Assembly: GCF_964188315.1 (NCBI RefSeq)
Contig: NC_135656.1
Span: forward strand, 70,990,001 to 71,054,000
Direction: 5' to 3'
DNA from: Podarcis muralis
Taxonomy: Eukaryota
Length of the DNA: 64,000 nucleotides
Of the stretch, positions 12,988 to 26,535 are shown in pieces (position 1 is the stretch's first letter; every line of letters begins with the position of its first letter). Under the pieces are notes generated by a model. It was not told where the DNA came from. It saw only the letters and a program-made list of their open reading frames with translations, and searched no databases. Both the position numbers and the translations under genes were made by a program.

Positions 12988-13983
12988 GTAGCCTGGCTCC
13001 GTTTGCCTGGGGCTTCCCACCAAAAATAGGGCAAGGGTATCTGGACATGTCTTTTCCCTCTCAGATTCAGACCTGTTATTGTAAGCCACCCCAGAAATTC
13101 TGAACTGAAGGACAATATGGAAACTTTGGAGTGGTGTTCCACCAAGTTTTACTCAGAAGTTAATTAACCTACTAAGTTACATTCATTCATTTCAATGAGT
13201 AAAACTTAGCTGAATACCACCCATTTAAAATAAATGATGACATTGGGTTGTACCTTACACTGGTATTAATGAGCAGAAGATAATGATGTCCAGTATTTTC
13301 AATGGATCTGCTTTGAGTAGGACACCAATATTGGATGCAATCAATAGAGTTATTATGTTCTCTCTTCAACTCCCTCCTCTGCTCCTCAGCCTTTAGTAGT
13401 GCCATTTCCCCGCTCGCTCGTCATGACAACGGATCCCGCATTCCAGACTCCTCCGTGAAATCTTCTATAATAAACTTCCCTGTTAATGGAGTTGGAAAGA
13501 GGGTGGGTTGAGGCTGCTGACGCCCTTACCGCTGGGCTGTGGACGAAAGCCGCATTCCTAGCCCAGCAGGGGAAACTCTTTGGGAGCACAATACAGCCGC
13601 CGCCAACCCCTTGCTCCTGGAGCATTTGCACTTATTTTGCCGGTATGGCTGTTAGAGGGGGCATAATTCCCTGGTAGAGCCCTGGGTTCATTCTCTAGTA
13701 TCCACAGGCAACACTGGTTACCTGTCTTAACGTCCTGAAGAGCTGCTACCAGCAGTTAGTGTAGTTGACTCAATGGTCTGACTCAGAACAAGATAGTTCC
13801 TGATATTCCTTAGGTGACACATAATGGCTGTCTGCTCTGCTGTCTGTTTTCTTTGCACACAGTGAACTAACGGGTCTTGTGAGTCAGGTTTGGTTTCCTC
13901 AACATGTACAAAGCTTTGCACCGTGGCCACTGAAGCGGTGTCCAGTTCATGGCAAAAGACTTACAGGCTGTCTTTTCCTTTAC

Positions 13984-14280
13984 CACAGTGGTACCTCTGG
14001 TTACGAACTTACCGTATTTTCCGCTCTATAGGACGCACCCGACCATAGGACGCACCTTGTTTTAGAGGGGGAGAACAAGAGAAAAAAAAATCTCCCTCTC
14101 TGTGCAGCACCCCTTCAGCAAAGCGGCAGGAGAAACGGAGCCCCTTCCATTTCTCCTCCCGCTTTGCTGAAGGGGCACTGCGCAGAGAGGGAAAGCTGCG
14201 CAGCACCTCTCCAGCAAAGCGAAGCCAGGAGAGCAAGAGGGATCAGTGCACACCGATCCCTCTTGCTCTCCTGGCTTCAG
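13984..14280 (+). mobile_element. CAGTGGTACC MITE end with a nested CCGTATTTT (pogo-like) element remnant
   Basis: cagtggtacctctggttacgaact followed by TA|ccgtattttccgctctataggacgcac. CpG-rich, with internal hairpins. Confidence 0.7.
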
Positions 14281-14560
14281 GCAGCTATTCTCATTCAGTA
14301 GAAATGAGGACCAGAACAGTGGAACACACAGATCCAAGGAGTTCAGTTGCAGTGACTCCTGGCATGCAAAGTATCCCCCAGCTTAGCCCTGGGATATCAG
14401 CCTTGCAGTTCATCACTTACATGAACCTACCCAGGCCTTAAAATCGGCCTCTAAGGCCCTGCCCACTGTGAAGAGCCAGCAGACTGGTAGGTACTAGAGT
14501 CAGGGCCTTTTCAGTAGCGGTATAATATCTTTGGGACTTTCTCCCAGAAGAAGTACATGG

Positions 14561-15021
14561 GCCTCCATCTTTTCTGTGTTTTGAGCAGATTGTAAACACT
14601 TGCTTGTTTCAAACTACACTATATTAAGAGTGTTTTAAGTGGCATTTTAAATTCCTTTAAACTGCTGGTGTTTTAGGGTATACTTTTGTCACCAGAGTCC
14701 CCCTCGCCCCCGAATGGGACATAGAAAAATGTACAAAGCCAGCGGTGGGCCTTATGGCTCCTGTTTATTTATTTGTGCTGTTTATATATTCAAAATCCTC
14801 ATACACCACCTTTCCAGGCAAAGACAACTTTTAAAAGATAATTAAAACCATACATTATTTTTTTAAAAAAATCAAAACAAAACACTCTGGCGACAAAAGT
14901 ATACCCTAAAACAGCGGCAGTTTAAAGGAATTTAAAATGCCACTTAAAACTCTCTTAATATAATGTAGTTTGAACCAAGCAAATGTTTACAATATGCCCA
15001 AAACACAGAAAAGATGGAGGC
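14561..15021. repeat. 138-bp inverted repeat (arms 14561-14698 and 14884-15021, 185-bp spacer), L2-tail derived
   Basis: Arm 2 reads as the reverse complement of arm 1 with few mismatches (gcctccatcttttctgtg...ttgtcaccagagt vs actctggcgacaa...cacagaaaagatggaggc). Confidence 0.9.
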
Positions 15022-15246
15022 ATGTGTCAAGTCTCAAATACCAAGGAGACAGGTGATGGACAGTGAATAAAGGAAGCCAGGAGCATTACAACTAAGGTTT
15101 GGTTAAAAACAAAACAAAAAAATTATCAGCATTTTTAGCAGCATTTGACAAACTTCAAGTGTGATGAATGACTATGCTAGGAGTCCATTTCTTAAAATAC
15201 AAAAATATTTTGGCAAATGATCTTTGCCTTATCTTTGCTCTCACAG

Positions 15247-15309
15247 ATTTACTGGCCAGCGCCTGTGGAATGGAGGGAAGAATGCAACTGGGCAGGAAAA
15301 GACATCAAT
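15247..15309 (+). CDS. SEMA3B: SEMA3B exon 3 (63 nt, phase 0/0)
   Basis: tcacag|ATT...AAT|gtaagt; IYWPAPVEWREECNWAGKDIN. WPAPVEWREECNWAGKD is SEMA3B-type. Confidence 0.97.
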
Positions 15310-18300
15310 GTAAGTGACCCATTTGGATGGGGAGGGAAAATCCTTTGCTCAGCCCCTATGTGAGTTGGGGCATAAAACAAAGGAGGATAAGGAGCATCAG
15401 GAAACGCGATGTGAGTCGCTTGCTTTCCAGAGCGAACATTTCAATTGACTCCTCATCAAGCAGGGCATGGAGACTTCTCCGAGTTGTCCGACCACGATGA
15501 GCTGGGGAAAAACTGATACGTGATAGCCGCCTCCCCCTCCCAGTAATTCACCCATGACCCTTCATTGCATCTTGCTGTTTTCATTGAGCATCTTGCTGTT
15601 TTCTCTGTCTCTCCCTGGCCTCGCAGACAGCACCACCATGCCCCAGCCCTGGGAAGAGGCCCCAGGAGGCCTTGGGAGTCATGTTGCTGTGAAGGGACCG
15701 GTTGGTGCACTTAAGAGATTCCTGCTTAGCTGTGACCCATCCTGACCTCCCAGCAGATAAGAGGAGGGTTCCCACCATTTTGGCAGGAGCAGAGATGAAC
15801 CAGGACACAGCCAGATTTTGCTCCTTGATAACTTTGGGCCAGCAGCATGAAGGGGTCTCTGTCACCTTGGCTATAATTCTTACAGGTTGTCCATGGAGGG
15901 AGCCGTGCTGTGTCAAGCCTGGCAATTTGAGCTTTGTGAGCTGTTGGGTTTCTCTCCCCTAGCTTTGGAGAGCAGTCTTGGGTCACCGATTTCTTTCAGG
16001 ATTGCCTGGTCAACTTGGAAGTTCCCATTGAGGCTGTTTGGCGCAGCTTCCAGTGAAGGGCACGAGAGGACAAAGGGGCAGCCTGTCTCCCCCTTGGATT
16101 TTGCCAGTCTCTGTTCAGAATACTGCTCTAAGCCCTGAAACAGCATATGTAAGCAAAGTTTGCCCTCATCCAAGAAGGTTGAAAGAGAGGTAGGGTTTGT
16201 GGGCTTTAGGACTAAGACCTTGGGCCCATCCAGCTGACTGTAATTTTGGAGACTCATCCAGACTTCCTTTTGTGCCATGCTTCTAGGCACCAGTCTGTGC
16301 TTTAAAGTTCCATTACCAAGCAGGGTTGTTTTTTTTGGGGGGGGGGGGTTGTCCTGGCACTTTCCCAGGGAAAACCTGTGTTTTTCTGAAGAATTGGATC
16401 AAACTGCAATTAGGTTTCCCCGCAGTTTGTCATTAGGTAAAATGTGGGTTTGCCCAGGGAAAGTGCTGGGACGAAAGAACAAAACAAAAACACTTGAACA
16501 TGGAGCTTTTTAAAGCGTGGCCCTGTGCCTGGAAAGTGGCACAGAAGAAAGGCTGGGTGAGCCCTGAGTGCGCTGTTTCAGTCCTTCTGATCCCCACAGT
16601 TGAGGATCCATGCAAACATTTCAACAGCTGATGGGTTTGATGTGACAGTAATAGGACCTGTGTCATTCATGCAACTGCCTTCTCCATTCATCACATAGAT
16701 CCTCAAGGGGAAGTGAGACGTACTTTTCCCCACTGCTCTTGCTTTTGCTTCCGGTTAAGGGCTGTGGGGTAGGAAAGTTGCCATCCTTAAGGGAACTCTG
16801 GCACTATGCACTGTTATGAATTGCTGTTGGTACTTTGACCTGGTGCAGAATGCCATGAAAAAGTGTGATGTGGTCATGATGACCTAATTCCTGTGGTTAA
16901 TTATTTGCATGATGGACAATAGCCTAGAGTGGAATCAGGCAAAAGTGTTCTATGCATGTGCATACAGACACTGAAAGCAACTCTCTGAACAAGGCAAAGG
17001 AAGGATTAGCAACTTCCTGAGTCAGACCATTGGTCCCTCTAGCTGAGTTCGGTCTGCAGCAGGGGTAGGGAACCAGTGGTCCATTAAGTATTACTAGACT
17101 ACAACCCCATAATCTCTGACTATTGGCCATGCTGGCTTAGTTGAAGTCCAGTAACACCTGTCTGACCACAGGTTATCCACTGTTGGATTGCAGGGACTGG
17201 CAGTGGCTGTCCAGGCTTTGAGAACAGGGATATATCCCAGCTGAACCTACATTTCAGACCTTGAACTTGGGACCTTATGCATGCTAAACATGTGGTCTCC
17301 CACTGAACGATGGCCCTTATTCATCATAGAGGAAACAGGCCTAGAGAGATGGCTCATTTGCCAAAAGTGAATGGAGCTAGGAGTTTTCAGCAACGTGGCC
17401 GCAGTCAGGAAGATGTTGGGGTGGGGGAACCAGGACCAGTGTTGGTACAAGAGCTGCCCTGTGTCCCATCACTCTTGTTTGAAGCAGAAGCAATTTGTTG
17501 CAGAACCACTGTGGCTGAAGAGCGAGTGACAATGCAGTAGCAGCACCACAGACACATCGGCAAAGCCAAGAGCAGAGTGCTATATTCAGCCACTCCTCCC
17601 CAGCTTTTGTTTCGGACACAAGCACCACTGACCCTGTTGAAGAGGGGTGGGGAGATCAGCACCTCTGTGCTCTACTGAGCAAGAGTGGGCTGTGGGGCTT
17701 CCTGAAAAGCAGCTGGTGGGAGGAGGAGAGGCATTAGCAAGACCTCTCTCTCTCTCTCTCTCTCTCCCCCCCCCCTCTCTCTCCCCACCCCTCTCTCTGA
17801 TGGTTCCCTGTCTCCTTTTCTCTCCCTGTCAACAGCTCTCCATATTCAGGCTGCTTTATCCATCAGGGCAAAAGGGCAGGAAAACAAAAAGTCCCAAGGT
17901 TGTTTTTCTTCCTGGGCTTGCTCAAGAGTGATGATAGGGGCTGTAAGAGCCCCAGGCTTGTTTACTCAAGACCAGCCCAGCAGTGGGTGAGTAGGATGCT
18001 CTGCAAATGGTTTAGACCCCAAGGATTGCTTTGGAGATGACATCTGTGTGCATGCGTTTGTAAGAGGGGAAGAGAAGGAGAGGGAGACTTTGAGCATTCC
18101 CAACCCCCATCACAACTAATAAGCCCTCGAAGTACCAAACCCAGCACTTCCAGCTACTTATATATGCTGGCAGATTTGCAGGCTTTCAATCGTGTGAATA
18201 TCACACGCACAATTGTGCCCTTTAGCAGAGTATGTGCCTAACCAGTGGCAGTCTTGTATTACCGATAAATGAATCAGATGCAAAGTGTGAGAAGACCCAA

Positions 18301-19938
18301 CCCAATTTTTTCTCTCTCTCCATTTTAAAAGGAGCAGCATATTCCAAGCAAAGAGCAAATCTTACAGGGGGAGGCATCTTAAGAGAATGGGAGTAAATAA
18401 TGGGAGACACCCCCTTTTGTTGTGCAAATCATTTTAGAGGCAGAGCAATTATCACCAGAGTGCACAAAAAAATCCCCATATATATTGAGCTGTGATAATG
18501 AGCATGTGTAAGAATAGACTTGGTCCAGTGCGCAGGCTGCAGAGAAGAAGCTTGCTGGCTTTAATGGGACTGGGAAAGGGTCCAGGGCTCATTGGAGCTT
18601 AGCTGTCTTTATGGTTGGAAGTTCATTTAAATTCAGTGCTACGGATTGACGTTCGCAGTCTAGGTTAAGCATTAATGGAGCATAAGCTGCGAGATCACAC
18701 TCTTTGCCTTTCCATCTAAGTAGGAGTTAAGCGGGGAAAGCAGAGCAGGTGCTAAGAGGTTGGCAACACTATGGACTCACCCACTTTTACCTTTTGGCCC
18801 ACAGTTTCTAGGCTTTAAAGCGCCATGTCTAAGTCCTTCCCCCCCCCTCTACTTTCCCCTATGAAAACCTTCTCTTTAACGCTGAGTCAGAACAAATGGC
18901 AATTTCCCATTTGCTCCAACTCAGTGTTAACTCAGTGGGTTTTCATGGAGACAAAAAAAGAAGAAGTCCTAGGTCATGGCGCTTTAAAGCATTGACTTCT
19001 ACCTAGAAACAGAGCACAAAAGGAAGTTTGGAAGAGCCCTAAGAGAGAGCGGGGTTGTTGTTTTTAAGGACACAGGGTGTGTTCGCACCACAAAGCACAT
19101 AGCATTCACCTAAGAATCTCAGGAACAGTAGTTTGTTGATGGTGCTAAGAAATGTAGCCCAGTAAGGAGGAAGCTACAATTCCCAGAGGAAGTAATGTGT
19201 TTTCAGTGCGTCCTTTTCTACCACAGTGGTTTCAAAGTCACTCTCCGTCAGTGGCTGGCTTTTGCTCAAGAACCAGTTTTCATCCAAGTTAAACCCCTGG
19301 TCCTTCTTTCTAAGCATCGTCTGCAGCGAGTGACAGCAGCGAGTCAGCATTTCAGGATTGTGCCTGGGGCCGCTGGATTGCAAAGCATGTGCTCTGGTGC
19401 TGAGCTACCAGCCGAACTTGCAGCTTGACCCAATTCATGGCGTTGAGAGTCCCTCTTCTTGTATGCCCGTTGCATGCCACAAGGGCTGTTTGCCACATTA
19501 TTGCTCCCTAGGACTCGTCATCTCTGTGACAGATGGCTTGGAGAAGATGGGCAGACACTCAGTGGCACATGTCCAGCCTCTGGAAGAGCAGTTGGGAAAG
19601 CAGGGAACATCTGGGAACATCTGGCCCGTGACTGATGCATTGATCCATCCGTGTTGCATCTGGCTCGTTTCCCTTAACCATTAGCTGCACAGCTGGACAG
19701 CCTAAAGGGGGTAAGGGAGGCCAACCCCTTTCTATAGATCAAGTATTATTCTGAAGTTTCAGTTTTCCTTGGCCCAAATAAGAAAACAAGCTCTCAGATG
19801 TTGTCTTCCCCAGGGGGAAAGACATGCACCTGGATAGCTTTTCCAGATGGGGAGGTTTTGGCCATAGAAAAGGCACAAGTGCAAGGTGGCACGCTGATGC
19901 CACCATTTGCAGCTGCAGACTGCTGAATTTCTATAGAA

Positions 19939-20130
19939 GGGCCATAGCTCAGGGCTAAAGCATCTGCCTTGCAAGCAGAAGGCCCCAGGGTCAACCCAGG
20001 CATCTCCAGGTAGGGTTGGGAGAGACGCCTGCCTGAAATCCTGGAGAGCCACTTCCAATCAGTGTAGGCAATACTGAGCGAGATGCTCCAATGGTCTGAC
20101 TCTGTATAAGGCAGGGTCCTATTTTCCTAA
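19939..20130 (+). mobile_element. Squam3-like tRNA-derived SINE
   Basis: gggccatagctcag...gcagaaggccccagggtcaa (A/B boxes), then ccctggagagcc...ggtctgactctgtataaggcag tail. Further copies at about 13660-13810, 22040-22200, 27290-27410 and 62079-62258. Confidence 0.75.
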
Positions 20131-20821
20131 GCAGAGATAGCGTTGATTGCAGAGAGTTCCCCCAGTTACCCAGCATTTAACTCTTGTCACAGTCACCTTG
20201 GTGCAAACAAACTGGGCGAGTGAACAGGAGAGTTTTGTGTGCAAGAGGCGAGGAGGGACTGAGCCTCTTGATTTGGGGGTAAGTTTGTGTTTGAGGCTCT
20301 TGGTTTTTTCCCCTGATTTGACCTGGGGGTTGGATTAGGCCACTCATCAGTGGATTAGGCAATCAGTGCCTAGGCTCCCTTGTGCCCTTGGCAAGGAGAC
20401 ATGGGTGTAGCTAGGGGGGGGGGGCAGGGGGCAGCTGCCCCCCCATCAATAAAAATCAATAAAATACATAGCAAACTGAGGTTATGCCTCCTCTAACAAA
20501 AGACCTGCCTCCCCCCAACAAAAATCCTGGCTATACTCCTGCAAGGAAATGTGGAGTGTGTGTGGAGTGGAGAGGCTCAATTTTGTGCACCTCCCCCGGG
20601 CCTGTGCCCTTGTTGGGGGCCAACCTAGCCAGACCCTAAGCACACCCCTGACAGCCACCTGGGGACTAGTGTTGGGTGGGGCAGAGAGGCAGAGCAGCAG
20701 GTATGACCTAATACAACAGGCTGCATTACAGTAATGTAGGACAGATTATTCTAAGCTGCCACTGCCCCACAACCTCCTTTTGGACAAGCAAGAGGTATGA
20801 TCACAGTTCCAAGAGCTTCTC

Positions 20822-20946
20822 CACCCCTGGATTAGATAACTGCCAAAGTCCTTTCCAGGAGTGCTCTGATGGTGTTTCCTGCTTGGCAGGGGGCTGGACT
20901 CGATGGCCCTTGTGGTCTATTCCAACTCTATGATTCTATGATTCTA
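20822..20946 (+). mobile_element. CR1 LINE 3' end
   Basis: ...gggctggactcgatggcccttgtggtctattccaactctatgattctatgattcta terminal repeats. Confidence 0.8.
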
Positions 20947-23204
20947 ACTCTGAAAGTCTGTGGGAAGAATTCTGATCCTTCTGTCAGTGCGAGTATTTCT
21001 GCTTGCCAGAGAAAATGATTCCCCCTGGGGAATCTGGGGGTTCTGCCATGCCATGCCCTGCAAAGCAGATTGTGGGGACTCACGAGGGAAATAAAGAGGG
21101 GAAGCCCCATGGCACTGTACTGGCTTCTGCTAGCAGGCCAGGTTGGTTGAATCCTGTGGTTATAGGTGCATGACAGTTGGGGCTTCGTGCTGTGCATTTG
21201 CTTTTATAGTCACCCCCACCCCCAAATTATTATCTCGCAGGCATTTCAGTTACTTCCAGTATTTAATCTTATCAAGCAAATTAGCCTGTGCTTGGCCCTG
21301 GCTTTCATTTTTACACCTGATCAGTCACTGATAATAGCATGAAGAGCTGCTGGAAATCTTCCCAAGATTTGTCTAGCATTTGCTATATCCTGCTTTATGG
21401 CCATTGCTCCATCTTATCTCTCCTTTCCTTATCCCAGCCTTCTTTCCTTTTGAAACTAACTTTGCACAAATGCCAAAACTTTCCCACTGACAGGGAGCTC
21501 TTTTCCATCTTGCAGAATTTTGTCTATTCTAATATGCCTACTTCACACATTTTGGGAGTTTCCTGGATCAAAGTTATTGATGGGTATATGGAGGCAATTC
21601 CATGGTGGTGGTGGTGTTGATAAAACCAAACACTTCCAGATTCCAGAGCAGTGTGTGTATGTTGCATGTGTGTGAAAGAGGGGTTGGGAGGTTGGGGAAG
21701 GCAGGCAGGAAACTTCAAAGAGTAAACTGAAGGGAAAGAAAGTGGCAACTCAACCACTCTCTTGTAAAGCACATCTTGCAGGACCCCTCAATGCATCTTT
21801 CCTGGTTTTGAAGTTTGCAAACCACTGACACTCCAAAGCTGAACACAGAGCCAGTGATCAGGCTGTAGCTTGAACTCTGGCCCTCTCACTCCCAATGCAG
21901 CCCTTTCAGCCAGGGTCAGTTCATGTGGCGCCTGCCAGGTGTGGCTGGGCTATGACTCCCACCATCCTTGGCCATCGACCAAGCTGCCTGGGGCTGATGG
22001 GAGCTGGAGTCCAAGAACACCTGGCAGCCACCATGTTTGCTCCCCTTGCTTGAAGCATTGGTCTGGGATTCAGTTCCTGGTGTCTCCATGTAGAGCTGGC
22101 ACAATCTGCTGCCTGAAACCCTGGAGAGTCACTGCCAGTCAGTGTGAGCAACGCTGAGCTAGATGGGCCAGTGGCCTGACTCAGAGTGAGGGAGCTTCCT
22201 GTGCCCCCCTGGTTCTGTGCTCCCTTCTTTTTCGCCTCTCTTCCTCTCTTCCCTGTAGGTTTCCTTGCTTGCGGCCATTGCTACTTGTTTGCTGAGCCTT
22301 GCCTGATCCCCACCCACCACTGTTGGCCACTTGTGAAGTGACTGTTTTTAGCATTTTATATTTTTTTTTGCCTTGCTGGCTTGTTCTCAGTTAGCCTTCA
22401 AGAGAAGTCTCTGTGGTGCTTGTCTGTCTCTTCCTGCAAGGTGCCTGGTGGTGCTGGATGGGATCCTGACTTCTTCTCTCCCCCACCAATATCTTGACAC
22501 TCCCCTGGGGCTCATATAACAAGAGGGCATCACTTCTGCCTGAGTTATTCCAGACATTTAAATAACCAGCCACTTTCTAAGGGGCAGGAGTGATCCGTCA
22601 GTGGCTAATTGTGCTCAGCAGCAAGTCAAACAGATGTTCCCCTCCTGACAGGCCCTGAAAGGGAGGGGCTGCTGGGGAGGCTTGCTTTGTAGGAGGGAGG
22701 CAGCGGCTCAAACAGGGGTCTTCGTGTCTGCAGGTGACAGGCACAAAGCCTCTCAAGCTTAGTGTGATGGAACGGCTGCTTCCTACCGCACCCTCTGCCG
22801 GAAGGTGAAATGTGCAGAGACTCCCAGTCCACCATGGACAGTATGGCATCCCCATTCTTCCCCTCCCAGTGTGGGAAATGCTGCACAGTCCCAGAGGGAA
22901 AGAGAGGCTCCCACATGTTCTGGCATCTCAGCAATGTCAGGGGAGGCTGTCCAAAGGCAGGGGAAGGACCCACACAGCAGATGCCTGAACCACAGGCCAG
23001 CAAAACCTATGCATTGCTCTTCCTGCGCACACCTTGCTGTGGCCTCTCCTCCTCCTCCGTTCCCAGCTTGGCCTGCCCCACAAGACATTCTTTCTGGCAG
23101 CAGAGGAGGCACATCTGAAATAAGGATCTGGGTGGGAAGTTGCAGATAGGGATGCAAGAATCATTTCTACATTCCTAACAGCTGTCCAAAGCCCTTAGCA
23201 GCTC

Positions 23205-23849
<645 letters not shown>

Positions 23850-23937
23850 TAGAGGCACAGGCAGGAGAATCGCTTGAGCCCCAGGCTCTGCTCTCTGGCC
23901 TCTCTTACTGGCACGTCCCTCCTCCCTCTCTCTCCAG

Positions 23938-24031
23938 GACTCTGTGTTTAAACTGGACCTGAAGAACTTAGAAGATGGCAAAGGCAAGAGCCCCTACGAC
24001 CCACGTCATGTGGCCGCTTCAGTGCTGGCAG
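23938..24031 (+). CDS. SEMA3B: SEMA3B exon 5 (94 nt)
   Basis: ctccag|GAC...G|gtaagg; DSVFKLDLKNLEDGKGKSPYDPRHVAASVLA. Confidence 0.97.
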
Positions 24032-24912
24032 GTAAGGGACCAGGCCCCTCCACCCAAAGCTAGTGATAACTCCCTCCCTTCACCTTGGATGGCTTTAAAA
24101 GAGGAGGGTAAGTTCATGGAGGGTGGGGCTGTTGGTGGCTACCAGCCACAATGGTTATGCTCTGATTCGATGGCCGGAGGAAGCAATGCTTCTGAATGCC
24201 ACTTTCTGGAAACTACAGGAGAGGAAAGTGCTGTTGTCACAGGCATCTGTTTGGCTCCTGTGAGAGCAGGATACTGGACTGGGTGGGCCATTGGCCTGAT
24301 TCAGCAGGGCTCTTTTTATATTAGAATATAAGAATATAAGAATATAAGAATATAAGAATAACAGAGTGATTGTGTGGGATGTCCAATAAAAACACAGCCA
24401 GCACTTTCCAGTCGACACAGCATACATTTAAAGAACATCCTCTCTGCCAAAAGAATAATTGGAACTGTAGTTTACCCCTCATGGAGCTACAATTCCCAGC
24501 ACCCTTTACAGTTCTTTAAATGTATAGTGTGCATGCAGCCGTTGTCTCATCCAAGGACTCGTGAGTCCCTAAAGCTCTTCCAGCGTTTGCCAAGTGGAGA
24601 CTGCTCTCCATCTGATGTGAGAACAGCTTGCATCAGCCAGCACTCTGTGCTGAGGATGCCACTGCTGGTGTGGCTGGCAGCACATTTTCTTTTGGCTCCA
24701 AGCACCCTCTGAGCAAGGCTCCAGGAATGGCAGCTGCTGCCTCCCGGCCTGCATGCACAGGAGCTTTCCTGCCTTTAAAGAGCGGAGGACATTTCAGGGG
24801 AGACGAATCCTGCACGGGGTACCAGGGAAAGAGCACCTGGGACATGTTCCAGTATACAGATCCCATGACAAAGCCTTTTAACCTCTGTCTTTTATTTTTC
24901 TGGGGTGGCCAG

Positions 24913-25032
24913 GTGAAGAGCTCTATTCTGGGGTGGCTACTGACCTGATGGGCCGCGACTTCACGATCTTCCGCAGCCTTGGCTCAAGGCCCTCTATCCG
25001 CACGGAGCAGCATGACTCCCGGTGGCTCAATG
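24913..25032 (+). CDS. SEMA3B: SEMA3B exon 6 (120 nt)
   Basis: ggccag|GT...G|gtcagt; GEELYSGVATDLMGRDFTIFRSLGSRPSIRTEQHDSRWLN. Confidence 0.97.
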
Positions 25033-25260
25033 GTCAGTGGGGCTGGGGAGGAAGGGCATCCCAGGGATGTAGAAAACAGGCTTGGGGCTGCATAAACACC
25101 AATTTCCTTGCACTCGTCCTGTTGTCCTTTCTCTATCTCTGATGGATCACTGGTGCTGGGAGTGGGAGAACATGTTCCTTTAAGTGCCAAGGAAAACTAC
25201 AGTTCCTTAGGACTCTTGTTGGTCTCAATCGCCAGCTGTTTTGTCACTTATGAATAGAGG

Positions 25261-25277
25261 CTGCCATCTAGTGGCCA
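25261..25277 (-). promoter_or_regulatory. CTCF core motif match (SEMA3B intron 6)
   Basis: Reverse complement tggCCACTAGATGGCAG fits CCRSYAGRKGGCRS at all positions. Confidence 0.45.
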
Positions 25278-26389
25278 GGGCCTGATTGGCAGCTTCCTGA
25301 CCATTGAACTGCTGACTAACCACCAAGCTAGACAAGATGTGTTTAGGATTTCATCTTTTGTTTTCTTTTACAAATTAGCAGCACCACATGGCTGCAAAGC
25401 AGCATTCTGGGAGAAGACCGCTACCCCTTTCCCCTTGTGGCCTTCGATGACCTGAATGCCCCGCACCATGTATTTAAAGCACATTTGTACCATCTTGAGA
25501 ACTGTAGGTCTTCCTCACAGAGGTGTAATTCCCAACACCCTTAAACAACCATTTCCCAGGATTTTTCAGGGGAAGCCACGAGCTTTAAATCTGTCATGTG
25601 GCAGTCTTCTCTGGATAATGGGGAGAGAGAGGATCCGTGTTTCTGTCTCCTTTACCCTCTGGGAGTGAAAAGCAGCTTCAGAGGATGATGGTGGTGATGA
25701 TGGTTATGATAAAAAGCAGGGGGAGATTTAACAACCCCCACCCCTCTGTGCCTCAGTCAGATTCCCCATTACACTCACAGGAAAGGGGCAGAGTATATTC
25801 TTTCGCCTGCAGAAGGTTCCAGATTCAATCCTTAGCACCTGCAGTTAGACAGAGATGGAGAACCTCCTGCCCACCAGCGAGTCTGGTGGTTCCAGACTGG
25901 TCCAGGAAGCCATTTTTACTTAAACCACGTCCACCTGTCAGCCTGGTGATGTCAGTTCTGCTGGGTTGGCTGCAAGCATTGGCTCCTCCCATGGGGAATG
26001 GGTGCTCATAGCCAATCCCTGCAGAAAGCAGGATCGAAGGTCAGGTGTGCAAGGGAAGTTCCCGTTAGGAACATGCGTACCTGAAGCCTTCAGAAAGCAG
26101 GATTGCTTCCCTGCCCCATGGGCCAACTTTGACTCGTCTATTTAACAGCTGGGTAATCAACCCACCTGCCAATGTTGGACCATGGGATGGAGCGGGGAGA
26201 TAAAGATATTACCAAAAAGATAAGGGAGGAGGTGACAATAGATCAGTGGTCTGGCTCTGCATGAAGCAGCACAGTGCTGCTCTTTGCATTTTTTTCTTAA
26301 GTGGAAGACCATTATGTTCCCTCACATAATGTACAATTTCCCACCTCTTTGCTTTGGCATTGATGTTCTCCCACTTGTCTGTCCCCAAG

Positions 26390-26535
26390 AGCCCAAGTTC
26401 ATTGATGTTTTCTGGATCCCGGAGAGTGAGAATCCCGATGACGACAAGATCTTCTTTTTCTTCCGGGAGACAGCAGTGGAAGGAGCCCAGGGGCTGGGCA
26501 AGCAGACCTTCACCCGCATTGGCCAGATCTGCCGG
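26390..26535 (+). CDS. SEMA3B: SEMA3B exon 7 (146 nt)
   Basis: ccccaag|AG...CGG|gtgaga; EPKFIDVFWIPESENPDDDKIFFFFRETAVEGAQGLGKQTFTRIGQICR. Confidence 0.97.
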
